DNA of 64,000 nucleotides from Thermoplasmata archaeon. Lineage in GTDB: Archaea > Thermoplasmatota > Thermoplasmata > RBG-16-68-12 > JAGMCJ01. The stretch lies in the NCBI GenBank assembly GCA_046761045.1, contig JBHIFJ010000001.1:11795-75794 (forward strand), written 5' to 3'. Positions 1 through 9,079 of this stretch are shown piece by piece. The notes beneath the pieces were generated by a model. That model did no database searches and was not told the DNA's origin. It worked only from the letters and a program-made list of their open reading frames with translations. Numbering within the stretch: position 1 is the stretch's first letter; every line of letters begins with the position of its first letter. Made by a program: the position numbers and the translations under genes.

Positions 1-71
1 ATAATAATCATTGAGAATAACTAGACAGAAAGATTTTTATTAATTTCACCCGATTTGACGCCAGTGATGCG

Positions 72-590
72 ATGGACGTTCTGGATGCTATGAAAGGGAG
101 GAGGAGTGTGAGAAACTACCAGCCCACTCCCCTCTCCGCAGAGCTGATCCAACGGATTTTCAACACGGTCAGAATGGCTCCATCCGTCGACAATCTGCAA
201 CCATGGAGGTTCGTTCTCGTCAATGACGAGGACATCAAGAGACAACTGGCTGCAGCCTCGAACAACCAGAAATGGATTGCGGAAGCACCATTGGTGGTTG
301 TGGCCTGTGGGTTGTTGGATGAGGCACAGGGCATGATTGGGGGTTATATGAACAGCTATCCGGTGGACGTGGCAATGGCCATGGCCTACCTGACTCTGGC
401 GGCTCACAATGAGGGTCTTGGGACCTGCTGGGTGAGCGCCTTCAATGAGGAGAAGGTGAGGGCGGCTATCGGCGCACCGGACGATGTGAAGGTCGTGGCC
501 CTTACGCCCCTCGGCGTGCCCCGAGGAGACCCAGAACCATCTGGGAGAAAGCACCTAAACGAAATCGTGTGCTACAATAGGTATGAGTAA
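72..590 (+). CDS. Nitroreductase-family flavoprotein
   Basis: 172 aa; N-terminal RRSVRNY motif typical of NfnB/nitroreductase fold; compact size; ATG with upstream purine-rich stretch. Confidence 0.7.
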   Translation: MDVLDAMKGRRSVRNYQPTPLSAELIQRIFNTVRMAPSVDNLQPWRFVLVNDEDIKRQLAAASNNQKWIAEAPLVVVACGLLDEAQGMIGGYMNSYPVDVAMAMAYLTLAAHNEGLGTCWVSAFNEEKVRAAIGAPDDVKVVALTPLGVPRGDPEPSGRKHLNEIVCYNRYE

Positions 591-608
591 GCCTCAGAGA
601 GACAGAAG

Positions 609-1742
609 ATGATACCCAAGGCCAGGTTGAGCGATCAGAAGCTGTACTGCTCCTTCTGCGGGACCGAAGTTAGGGAGGAGGAGATCAGCTGCAGCAATTG
701 CGGGTCCGATTTCAGGGACGAGATTGAGGCTGATCGCTGCACCTCCTGTCTATCCCTCATCCGTGCTGGTCTGGATGAATGCCCCAACTGCGGAACGGAA
801 GTGATACTTCTCGATGGCGAGCCCCCTCGCGAAGACGAAAAGCTCGAGGAAGATTTCCTAAGGGAGCTTGTGGAAAGCACATCCCTCGTGGACGCCTCTC
901 ATCGAATTTGGGAGCTGGCGGAGCCTTTCCAGAGAGTCATTAGGCTGAGGAGAAAGAAGCTCGAGCAAATGAACTCTCTTCTCGACTCGGCCCAGAGGAG
1001 AATCGCGGAACTCGAGAACGCCACAAACGAGGTCGAAATGATGGAGAGGGCTGAGCTGGAACGACAGGTGGCTCAGCTGACGGAGGAGAGGAATGAGATC
1101 TTGGAGATAGAGAGGGGAATCATCGAGATGGAGAAGATATACAGAAACCTGCTGTCACTTCAAGAAACCGAGCTCAAGAGGAAGGAGGACAACCTGAAGC
1201 TTAGGCTCGAGGTCTTCAGAAAGGAAATCGAACGGAGGGACAGGGAGAAGAAGAGGCTTCTTCAGTGGGAACGGACCCTGAAGGAGAAGGAGAGAACATT
1301 GCACGAAAAGGCCGAGGAAGTGGAGAGGAGACAGGAAGCATTGGAGAAGCGCAAGAGGGAATTAGAGGCTTCGGAACGACGCATCGTTGAACAACTTGAA
1401 GCCAACCAGGCGGAATCCGGAGAGGCGAGAACGGCGGAAGGAGAACTCTCACAGCTCAAGGATGCCGCCGACAGAGAGCATCGTGAGGAAGGGAACGAGA
1501 AGATTGCGTCACTTGAGAGCAGGATAGGAGATCTCGAGAGCGAAATGTCGAGAATAGTCAAAGCCAAGGAGGTTCTTGAGCAGCAGGCCCTCCAACTTTC
1601 CGATCAGAACCACGAGATGAAGTACGTTCTCAAGAAACTCGATGCACTGCTTGGAGAGTTGCCCGACAACGTCATTCAGGAGTTCGCCAAGTCGAAGGAC
1701 TTCAAGAAGTATGAGAAGGTCATCGAGAGCTGCGAAGGGTAG
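609..1742 (+). CDS. Double zinc-ribbon plus coiled-coil protein (hypothetical)
   Basis: 377 aa; two CxxC..CxxC pairs in first 70 aa (CSFCG..CSNCG; CTSC..CPNCG) followed by ~300 aa heptad-like E/R/K/L-rich segment; 8 nt upstream of giant coiled-coil ORF. Confidence 0.6.
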   Translation: MIPKARLSDQKLYCSFCGTEVREEEISCSNCGSDFRDEIEADRCTSCLSLIRAGLDECPNCGTEVILLDGEPPREDEKLEEDFLRELVESTSLVDASHRIWELAEPFQRVIRLRRKKLEQMNSLLDSAQRRIAELENATNEVEMMERAELERQVAQLTEERNEILEIERGIIEMEKIYRNLLSLQETELKRKEDNLKLRLEVFRKEIERRDREKKRLLQWERTLKEKERTLHEKAEEVERRQEALEKRKRELEASERRIVEQLEANQAESGEARTAEGELSQLKDAADREHREEGNEKIASLESRIGDLESEMSRIVKAKEVLEQQALQLSDQNHEMKYVLKKLDALLGELPDNVIQEFAKSKDFKKYEKVIESCEG

Positions 1743-1750
1743 TGTGAATC

Positions 1751-4700
1751 ATGGGTCTGAGAGAGAGAGCCAAAGAGATGCTTTCTGAGGGCGTCGAGGC
1801 GGAAGAGGTCGAGGTCTACGATGAGACTGAGGAACTCAGAGAAGAGATCGAGAGATTGAAGGAGGAACTGAAATCAGTCCGTGGGGAGATGGATTCCCTT
1901 CGCGATGAGCTTGAGGAGCGGGAGAAGGAGATTTCCACACGTGAGAGACAGATTAAGGAAGCCGAGGAAGAACTCGCAGCCACAAGGAGGCAGCTCAAGA
2001 AGGCCGAGAAGGCATCCGAGCGGTTCACAAAGGACGAGAAGAGAAAGCTGGAGGCTGAGATCAAGAAGCTGAAGGCCGACCTGGAGAAGAGTGAGGGGCA
2101 CCTCAAAGAACTGGAGGAGACGCTCAAATCCACGCGTGATGAACTTGGACTCAAGGCCAAGGAGGCGAAGAAAGCCAACAAGCTGGCCGAGGAAGTCAAG
2201 AAGCTGCAGGATCATCTGAAGAGTGTTGCGAAGGAACGGGAGCAGGAGGAGAAATCCCGCTCAGAGCTTGAGGAGAGGGCGTCAGAGCTTCAGAGCGAGA
2301 TTGAAGCAAGGGATAAGCGAATCTCGGAACTGGAGAAGGAGATTGAGGAGAGAGAGAGCAAACACAGGTCGTTCGACAAAGATGCCGAGTCTCTGGAGAG
2401 AAAGAAAAAGGCCTTGGAACGGAAGAGAAGAAAGATCAGAGCTGTCGAAAAGGAATTGCGGTCAAAGGAGAAAGACGTGCGTGAGTTGGAGCAGTCTCTC
2501 AAAGAGAGGGAGAAGGAAATCGAGGAGAAATGGAGAGAGACTGAGGAAGAGCTGGAGAGGACAAAGAAGGAGTTGGAGACAAGGGAAAAGGAACTGATCG
2601 ATAGGGAGGCCGTTCTTGCTGAAGAGCGCAAAGATCTGGAAGGCATCCGCAATGGCATGAGCCTGACGAAGGAAGAGCTCGGTGAGAGGGAGGCCCAACT
2701 GCTCAAGAGGTGGGAGGAGGCAGAGGCCAAGGTCAAGGAGATTGAGCGTCGTGAAACCATGCTGAAGGAGGCCATGAAATCCTTCTCCGAGGAGTCCAAG
2801 AGATCGTCAAGCAAGAAGAGGTCACTCACCCTCAGAGAGAAGAACCTTCAAAGGAAAATGGAAGAATTCGAGCAGAATCTCCAGTCTTGGAAACAAGAGA
2901 AAAAGGCAATGAAGGCCCAAGAGAGAAAGTTGAAAAAGAGCATGGAGCAGGAGAGAAGGGCCCTAGACCTCGGGAAAGCAGAACTGGAGAAGCGCGAGGA
3001 ATCCGTAGCCGCGAAGGAGAAGGAACTCAGGCAGGCTGTGAAGGATCAAGAAGCTGAAGGGAAGAGACTTGACCAGGAGGGCAGGGACATCTTCAAGCGA
3101 AAGGAGAAACTCGAGAAGTGGCGGGAGAAACTCTCTGACAAGGAGGTCCAACTGAAGGAGAGGGAGATCCAGCAGAGGAAACAGGAGAAGTTCCTGACAT
3201 CCAGGGAGAAAATGCTTGAGGCCAAGTACACCGAACTCGCGGAGCTGGAAGCGAATCTGGAAATCCAAAGAGAGACACTGCTGGCTAGGGAGAAAAGAGT
3301 GAAGCGAATTGAGGCCGAGAGTGAGGATCAGCTGTCGATTCTGAAGGATAAACAGAAGGCGATTTCCGCCAAGGCGAAGGAACTGAAGAACAAGGACCGA
3401 AGGATAGCAAAGAGGGAAAAGGAACTCCTCGCCAAGGAAGACGAGTTGTCATTCAAGTTCGATGAGATATCCGAGATTGAGGAGTCCCTGATTGCCTACA
3501 GGGAAAGGCTCAAATGGATGGAGGAGGAGATGCGAAGCAGAGAAAAGGACCTGAAGGATGTTGAGGCCCGCTTGGCCAGTGAAAGGGAAGAGATGGGAAG
3601 GGAGAAGGAGGCGTTGAAGGAACGAGAGTCCATAGTTGTGAAGAACGAAGACGAGGCTAGCACGAGACTCTCCGAGGTCAGAAAGAGGGAGAAAGCTCTG
3701 CAACAAGAGACAAGGCAACTCGAGAAAGAGAGATTGGAGCTGGACAAAAGCCTGAGGAATCTGAACAAGAGTGTGGAGGTCTTTGAGCGGGAGAAGTCAA
3801 GGACAGAGAGAAGCCTCCATAAACAGCAGGAGGAGATCAATCGAGAACTCGTGAAGATCAGGAAGGAGAAGGACCTCCTGGGCAAGAGGAAGAGGGGACT
3901 CAACGTACTGGAGGGAGAGATCGAAGGAAAGAAGATTGCGATAGACGAAATGGAAAAAGAGATGGCAAGAAAAATGGACAGACTGAAATCCGATGAGGAA
4001 GACCTCAAGAAACGAATGGACTATGTGGAAAAAAGGGAGGCGGAGATATCTGAGTTCGAGGCGGATCTTGTGGGTAGGGAGGACGAGGTCAGCCTCCAGC
4101 GCACGGAGCTTGAGAAGAAGAAATCTGCCCTGCAGGAATTGGAGGAACGCCTAGCGGAGGAAGAGAAGCGGATGGCAAAGGAGAAGCTGAAGCTCGACGA
4201 ACTCTGGAAGAACCTTGGGCGGGAAGGCAAACGCCTGGAAGGTCTCAGAAGAGCAACCCTGGAGGAGGAGAAGACCATCAAGGAGAAGAGAAAGAAGCTT
4301 GACAAGAAGGCAGAGAAACTGCTTGAGTCGGAGACCAAGCTCAACCTGAAGAAGAAGGAATTGGAGAGCAGAGAGGAAGAACTCCGCGAGGGCATAGAGA
4401 AGATAGGAAGGGATCAAGAGGAGCTCAGGTCAAGGGCAGAAGAACTCGGGCAGTTTGAAAGGAAGCTCTCAAAATGGTCCAAAGAGTTGGAGGAAAAGCA
4501 GAACAGCCTGGATCAGCGTAGTGTGGAGCTCGAGGCCGAGCGAAAGAAGCTTGAGAACTTGGAGACGGAACTGCCGACGAAGCTCAGCTCTCTTGAGGCC
4601 AAGGAAAGGGCTCTTGCCGAGAAGACTCTTGAACTGGAGAGGACATCCAAGCTGATTGATCAGGAGATGAGCAGATTCGAGGACGAGAGGGAGGATCTTA

Positions 4701-5338
4701 GGGAGAGAGAGAAAGAAATCGCAGAGATGAAGAAGACATCAGCCTCGCTGCTGGAATACGCGGAATCCTTGGTCGAGAGCAAGAAAACCAAGATGAAAGA
4801 GGAGATTGAGGAAGCCCTCCTGGAACTCGAGTCGAGGCAGAAGGAAGTTGACGAGAAGATGAGGATTGCGGAGGAGGCCTTGGCAAGGAAGGCCGAGGTC
4901 GAGGATTCCATCAAGAGCCTCAAAGAAAAGGAATCAGAGATGCTCGTCCTGAAGAAAGAGCTCGAGCTCGAAAGAGAATCCCTTCGAAAGGAACGAAAGA
5001 GCGTAAACGAAATGCTGAGTAGGATCGAGAGGGAAAGCCAGAATCTCTCTGAGCGGGAGAAGAGATTGGAGAAGGAGGTTGAGAGGGCCCTAGCCAAGGA
5101 GAGAAAGAGGCTGAAAGCCGAATCCAAGAGGCTGAAGGAAGAGCAGAGGGAAGTTTCGAAGACCTTGGAGGAGCTCAGGGTCAGGGAGAAGAACCTCGAA
5201 AGGAAGGAAAAGGAGATATCCTCTCTCGAAGAGAAGAACCGCAGGAGAGAGCGGGAGCTTCTGAAGGCCCGAGAGGAGGTTGAGACGAGGTCAAAGCGCA
5301 TCGATGAGATGAGGGCCAGATTGTCCAAGATCCTCTAG
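1751..5338 (+). CDS. Giant coiled-coil protein (1195 aa), E/K/R-rich, no NTPase motifs seen
   Basis: Single uninterrupted ORF; composition dominated by E,K,R,L with recurring heptad-like periodicity from residue ~20 to the C-terminus; no GxxxxGK[ST] P-loop; opposite-strand ORFs are low-complexity Ser/Leu artefacts. Confidence 0.7.
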   Translation: MGLRERAKEMLSEGVEAEEVEVYDETEELREEIERLKEELKSVRGEMDSLRDELEEREKEISTRERQIKEAEEELAATRRQLKKAEKASERFTKDEKRKLEAEIKKLKADLEKSEGHLKELEETLKSTRDELGLKAKEAKKANKLAEEVKKLQDHLKSVAKEREQEEKSRSELEERASELQSEIEARDKRISELEKEIEERESKHRSFDKDAESLERKKKALERKRRKIRAVEKELRSKEKDVRELEQSLKEREKEIEEKWRETEEELERTKKELETREKELIDREAVLAEERKDLEGIRNGMSLTKEELGEREAQLLKRWEEAEAKVKEIERRETMLKEAMKSFSEESKRSSSKKRSLTLREKNLQRKMEEFEQNLQSWKQEKKAMKAQERKLKKSMEQERRALDLGKAELEKREESVAAKEKELRQAVKDQEAEGKRLDQEGRDIFKRKEKLEKWREKLSDKEVQLKEREIQQRKQEKFLTSREKMLEAKYTELAELEANLEIQRETLLAREKRVKRIEAESEDQLSILKDKQKAISAKAKELKNKDRRIAKREKELLAKEDELSFKFDEISEIEESLIAYRERLKWMEEEMRSREKDLKDVEARLASEREEMGREKEALKERESIVVKNEDEASTRLSEVRKREKALQQETRQLEKERLELDKSLRNLNKSVEVFEREKSRTERSLHKQQEEINRELVKIRKEKDLLGKRKRGLNVLEGEIEGKKIAIDEMEKEMARKMDRLKSDEEDLKKRMDYVEKREAEISEFEADLVGREDEVSLQRTELEKKKSALQELEERLAEEEKRMAKEKLKLDELWKNLGREGKRLEGLRRATLEEEKTIKEKRKKLDKKAEKLLESETKLNLKKKELESREEELREGIEKIGRDQEELRSRAEELGQFERKLSKWSKELEEKQNSLDQRSVELEAERKKLENLETELPTKLSSLEAKERALAEKTLELERTSKLIDQEMSRFEDEREDLREREKEIAEMKKTSASLLEYAESLVESKKTKMKEEIEEALLELESRQKEVDEKMRIAEEALARKAEVEDSIKSLKEKESEMLVLKKELELERESLRKERKSVNEMLSRIERESQNLSEREKRLEKEVERALAKERKRLKAESKRLKEEQREVSKTLEELRVREKNLERKEKEISSLEEKNRRRERELLKAREEVETRSKRIDEMRARLSKIL

Positions 5339-5368
5339 ACCGGAATTTTTCGTCAGGCTTTTATAGGT

Positions 5369-5376
5369 AAAGTGCA
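5369..5376 (+). promoter_or_regulatory. Putative TATA box (TTTATAGG) upstream of ABC-transporter operon
   Basis: AT-rich TATA-like octamer ~38 nt upstream of GTG start at 5414, followed by strong SD GAGGAGG at 5400-5406. Confidence 0.35.
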
Positions 5377-5413
5377 TTTTACTTTCATAAAGTCTGCTTG
5401 AGGAGGCGGAAAT

Positions 5414-6340
5414 GTGGCTCAAAGGACAAGTGCTGCGCTAGTGGCGATGATTGTTGCAGTCGTGTTCCTCGCTGGGTTCTCAATGGGGTACCTGGCGGCT
5501 CCTTCCCTCCAAGGAGGTGGTGGAACGAGAGGGGAACGCGTCACCGACGACTTCGGGAGGGAGGTCATCGTTCCACAGCCCGTTGAGCGGATCGTCTCGC
5601 TAGCTCCCAGTAACACAGAAATCTTGTTTGCTTTGGGTCTTGGCGATCGCGTCGTCGGTGTGGACCAGGCCTCAGACTACCCCCCGGAGGCTCTTGAGAA
5701 GACTGTCGTGGGTGGCTACTTCGGCGGCTACAACATGGAAGTGATCTCTGTTCTTGATCCCCAATTGATACTGGCTTCATCAATCAACGATCCACAGCTG
5801 ATTGGGGAGCTTGAGAACAAAAGCTTCGCCGTGGTGGTTCTGGACGCTTCGGACATTGCTGGAGTCTTTCGAGATATAGAACTGGTGGGTAACATCACTG
5901 GCGCTTCGGCCGCGGCCAATGCGCTCGTTGCTAATCTTACCCAGAGAGTGGAGAATGTTACCGGCCTGACACTGGAGGGTGGTGCAGGGACTCCCAGGGT
6001 CTATGTCGAGCTCGATTTCAACCTGTGGACATACGGTCCTGGCTCGTTCGGTGATAACCTCCTCGGGCTTGCTGGGGGAGAGAATATCGCTGGAGACCTG
6101 GGCCATCCGTATGTACAGCTCGACGAGGAGTTTGTTGTGGCCTCCGCCCCAGACATCATAGTATCCGTCTTCACGCCTGTGGAGGACATCAAGTCCAGGC
6201 AAGGTTGGTCCGACGTTCCTGCCATCCAGAGCGACAGAGTGTACGCAATTGATGGCGACCTAATTTCTCGTCCAGGTCCCAGAGTCGTTGATGGTCTTGA
6301 GGAACTGGCCAGGCTAATACACCCCGAGCTATTTCCATGA
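5414..6340 (+). CDS. ABC transporter substrate-binding protein, iron-siderophore/cobalamin (BtuF/FecB) type
   Basis: 308 aa; N-terminal hydrophobic anchor; motif IVSLAPSNTEILFALGLGDRVVGVD typical of periplasmic-binding-protein family 2; SD GGAGG 6 nt before GTG start; overlaps permease by 4 nt. Confidence 0.7.
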   Translation: MAQRTSAALVAMIVAVVFLAGFSMGYLAAPSLQGGGGTRGERVTDDFGREVIVPQPVERIVSLAPSNTEILFALGLGDRVVGVDQASDYPPEALEKTVVGGYFGGYNMEVISVLDPQLILASSINDPQLIGELENKSFAVVVLDASDIAGVFRDIELVGNITGASAAANALVANLTQRVENVTGLTLEGGAGTPRVYVELDFNLWTYGPGSFGDNLLGLAGGENIAGDLGHPYVQLDEEFVVASAPDIIVSVFTPVEDIKSRQGWSDVPAIQSDRVYAIDGDLISRPGPRVVDGLEELARLIHPELFP

Positions 6341-7413
6341 CAGGAAGACCCTCATCCGAGCCGGACATTGTGAAAAGGATCCGCTTGAGACGGACCCTTT
6401 CAATTGGTCTGTTTCTTCTATTGCTGGCCTCGGTGTTCCTGTCTCTGATGTTTGGGACCGTGGGTCCAATAGGCCCCGATATCCCTGAGAGGAAAGGCTG
6501 GGGACAATTCTTCGATTCAGTCATCGGGTCAGGTCCCAGTTTCGATGAGAATATGAGAACAATCCTGCTCGAAATGCGGTTGCCAAGGATTCTGCTTGCC
6601 TGCCTCGTGGGGGCAGCGCTTTCCATCTCTGGTGCCGTTATGCAGGCCCTGTTTAGGAACCCTCTGGCCGAACCATACATTCTGGGCATCTCCTCAGGCG
6701 CTGCCGTGGCGGTCTCCCTGGGGTTGGTCTTGGGTCTCACCTTCTCCGTCCTTTCCATTCCAGCCCTCGCATTTTCCGGGGCTCTTCTCACCGTCGCGGC
6801 TGTCTACGGCATTTCTCAGGTGAGAGGGCGGATCAAGACAGACACTCTCTTGCTTGCTGGTGTTGCTATCGCATCATTTCTTTCAGCGGTGAGTTTCTAT
6901 ATCCTCTACGCGGCCGGCAAGGACAGGGACCTGATAATCTCGTGGATAATGGGCAGCTTCACCATGACGACCTTTGACGAAGTGCTCATCACGTTCTCGG
7001 TTGTGGCGGTTGGCGGGCTCCTTGTTTTCCTCTTCGCGAGGGATATGAATGTGATGCTCATGGGGGAGGAGACCGCGAAACAGCTCGGGGTGAACGTGGA
7101 TTTTGTCAAGCTTGTTGTTCTGGCCACGGCTTCGATTCTTGCAGCAATCGCGGTTTCCTTTGTCGGCATAGTGGGATTCGTTGGACTGATAATCCCCCAC
7201 GTGGTCAGGATGATTCTGGGTCCTGACAACCGCATTCTCATACCCGCGAGTGCTTTTGCAGGTGGAACGTTTCTCATCTGGATGGATGTTTTGGCTAGGA
7301 CTCTCATGGGCGGGCAGGAGATCCCCATTGGGATAATCACCGCGTTCTGCGGGGCTCCCTTCTTCGTCTACCTCCTCCGCTCAAGGAAAACGGGTTATTC
7401 ATATGCTGCTTAG
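6337..7413 (+). CDS. ABC transporter permease, FecCD/BtuC family
   Basis: 358 aa polytopic membrane protein with the FecCD signature region (GAALSISGAVMQALFRNPLAEPYILGISSGA); translationally coupled to flanking genes. Confidence 0.8.
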   Translation: MTGRPSSEPDIVKRIRLRRTLSIGLFLLLLASVFLSLMFGTVGPIGPDIPERKGWGQFFDSVIGSGPSFDENMRTILLEMRLPRILLACLVGAALSISGAVMQALFRNPLAEPYILGISSGAAVAVSLGLVLGLTFSVLSIPALAFSGALLTVAAVYGISQVRGRIKTDTLLLAGVAIASFLSAVSFYILYAAGKDRDLIISWIMGSFTMTTFDEVLITFSVVAVGGLLVFLFARDMNVMLMGEETAKQLGVNVDFVKLVVLATASILAAIAVSFVGIVGFVGLIIPHVVRMILGPDNRILIPASAFAGGTFLIWMDVLARTLMGGQEIPIGIITAFCGAPFFVYLLRSRKTGYSYAA

Positions 7414-8212
7414 GGTTGACAGGATTGAGTGCAGATACGACAGCATCAAGGTCTTGGAGGATGTGACATTCGAAGTACCGTCCGGAGCCATATTTGGCGT
7501 GGTCGGACCTAACGGGTCTGGAAAGACGACGCTCATACGGTGTATGAGCAAGGTTCTTGAACCGGCAAGGGGCGTTGTCTGGCTCAACGAGGAAAACCTC
7601 TCACACATGAGCTTCCGCGACGTGGCCAGGAATGTTGGTGTCGTCCCTCAGACCACCCGCCCTGGGTTCGCCTTCACCGCCTACGAGATCGTCGCAATGG
7701 GTAGAACCCCCTACATCGGCCGCCTCCAAGTGGAGACGAAAGAGGAATTCGATGTCATCAAGGAGGCAATGGTCTCCGCTGACTGTTGGAACCTGAGGTC
7801 GAGGCTATTCTTCGAACTCAGCGGCGGAGAGCAGCAGAGAGTCATAATTGCCCGAGCCCTGGCTCAGAATCCAGGAGTGCTCCTGCTTGACGAGCCAACG
7901 TCACACCTGGATCTCGGCTACCAATTGGAGATGATGGACATGATCGAGGGGCTGGCGGAAGAGAGGAATCTCGTCGTCATCGCAATATTCCACGACCTCA
8001 ATTTGGCGGCCAGATACTGCAAGAACATCGCCCTTCTCAGCAAGGGAAAGATAGAGAGAGTCGGCAAGACCTTCGATGTGCTCACCGACAAGAACATCAA
8101 GAAGGTCTACGGTGTTGATGTTGTCATTGAGGAAAGTGATGCAACGGGCTTCAAGACCATAATCCCGATGAGAACAAGAGCGACCCAGAGAAATATCCAT
8201 GGACGTGATTGA
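7403..8212 (+). CDS. ABC transporter ATP-binding protein (BtuD/FecE-like)
   Basis: Walker A GPNGSGKTT, ABC signature LSGGEQQRV, Walker B LLLDEPTSHLD, H-loop; 269 aa. Confidence 0.85.
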   Translation: MLLRVDRIECRYDSIKVLEDVTFEVPSGAIFGVVGPNGSGKTTLIRCMSKVLEPARGVVWLNEENLSHMSFRDVARNVGVVPQTTRPGFAFTAYEIVAMGRTPYIGRLQVETKEEFDVIKEAMVSADCWNLRSRLFFELSGGEQQRVIIARALAQNPGVLLLDEPTSHLDLGYQLEMMDMIEGLAEERNLVVIAIFHDLNLAARYCKNIALLSKGKIERVGKTFDVLTDKNIKKVYGVDVVIEESDATGFKTIIPMRTRATQRNIHGRD

Positions 8213-9007
8213 TTGACCTTGCTTAGGGACCTTAGAGAGACAACTAAGCTCCTCATCCTGCTGGAGATGATTAGACGGGAGCATTCCAAGCTCAAGACGC
8301 TTGCCGAGAGATTTGGAATGACCGTTCAGGGTGTCTCCGACTACCTGAGGATGATGACCTCCGAAGGCTTGGTTCACAACATCGGGGGCATGTACAAACC
8401 CACGAAACGAGGTGTTCAGTTCTTGCACGACGGATTCTCCGAACTGAAGAGATTCATCGAATCATCTGCGAAAGACCTGGCAATAATAGATGTCTGCTGG
8501 GCAATCGCTGCATCGGACATCAAGAAGGACGAGAGGGTGGGGCTTGTCATGGAAAACGGCTACCTGATAGCACACCCGAGAAAGAAATCACCCTCGACAG
8601 GGCGAGCATTGTTCGACGGCAAGAAAGGCCAGGATATCGCGGTGACAGAACTGGATGGCATCGCCAGTCTCAAACCAGGCAGAATAGTGATTGGGAAGAT
8701 CCCCGGAACTGAGCGGAAAGGCAGTAGAGGAGCGAGCATTCCCAAACTGAGACGCCTGATGAAGGAGGAGAGTCCAGATCTCGTTGCCATTTCGGGTGCC
8801 TCAGCGAAGGCTCTTGTCAAGAGCGCAGGGCTGAGACCCGACATCGAGTTCGCGTCTTTGGCGGCTTCGCTGGAAGCGAGCGAGAAGGGTCTGAATGTGC
8901 TCTATCTTTGCGGGGAAGAGCACTGCAATGAGGTCATGTCGCATATTCTCGAGAGGAATTCGAGTTCCGAGGATGCGATAGATTTCGAGGTAGTTTCGCT
9001 GGCATGA
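8213..9007 (+). CDS. Winged-helix transcriptional-regulator-like protein with uncharacterised C-terminal domain
   Basis: 264 aa; N-terminal ~70 aa resembles a wHTH (LKTLAERFGMTVQGVSDYLRMMTSEGLV); starts 1 nt after ABC ATPase stop (TTG start, alternative ATG downstream). Confidence 0.4.
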   Translation: MTLLRDLRETTKLLILLEMIRREHSKLKTLAERFGMTVQGVSDYLRMMTSEGLVHNIGGMYKPTKRGVQFLHDGFSELKRFIESSAKDLAIIDVCWAIAASDIKKDERVGLVMENGYLIAHPRKKSPSTGRALFDGKKGQDIAVTELDGIASLKPGRIVIGKIPGTERKGSRGASIPKLRRLMKEESPDLVAISGASAKALVKSAGLRPDIEFASLAASLEASEKGLNVLYLCGEEHCNEVMSHILERNSSSEDAIDFEVVSLA

Positions 9008-9079
9008 CTCATTTGGTCACGCCTGAGAAAACGGACAAAAGAGTTAAATCGAACCTGAGATTCTTATGCGAGTGGTATC

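Noticed and set aside
21-554. 177-aa minus-strand ORF overlapping the nitroreductase gene
   Set aside because: It fully overlaps a well-supported plus-strand gene and its composition is not protein-like.
1816-5328. Multiple long minus-strand ORFs (e.g. 1816-2199, 2290-2829, 3496-4008, 4660-5328) inside the giant coiled-coil gene
   Set aside because: They are Ser/Leu/Phe-rich low-complexity translations of the reverse complement of a GAG/AAG-rich coding sequence. These are typical shadow ORFs with no start context.
1751-5338. Possibility that the giant coiled-coil protein is SMC or Rad50
   Set aside because: There is no Walker A (GxxxxGK[ST]) or Walker B/signature motif at either terminus and no hinge-like globular break. 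The zinc ribbons belong to the separate upstream protein, not to a Rad50 zinc hook.
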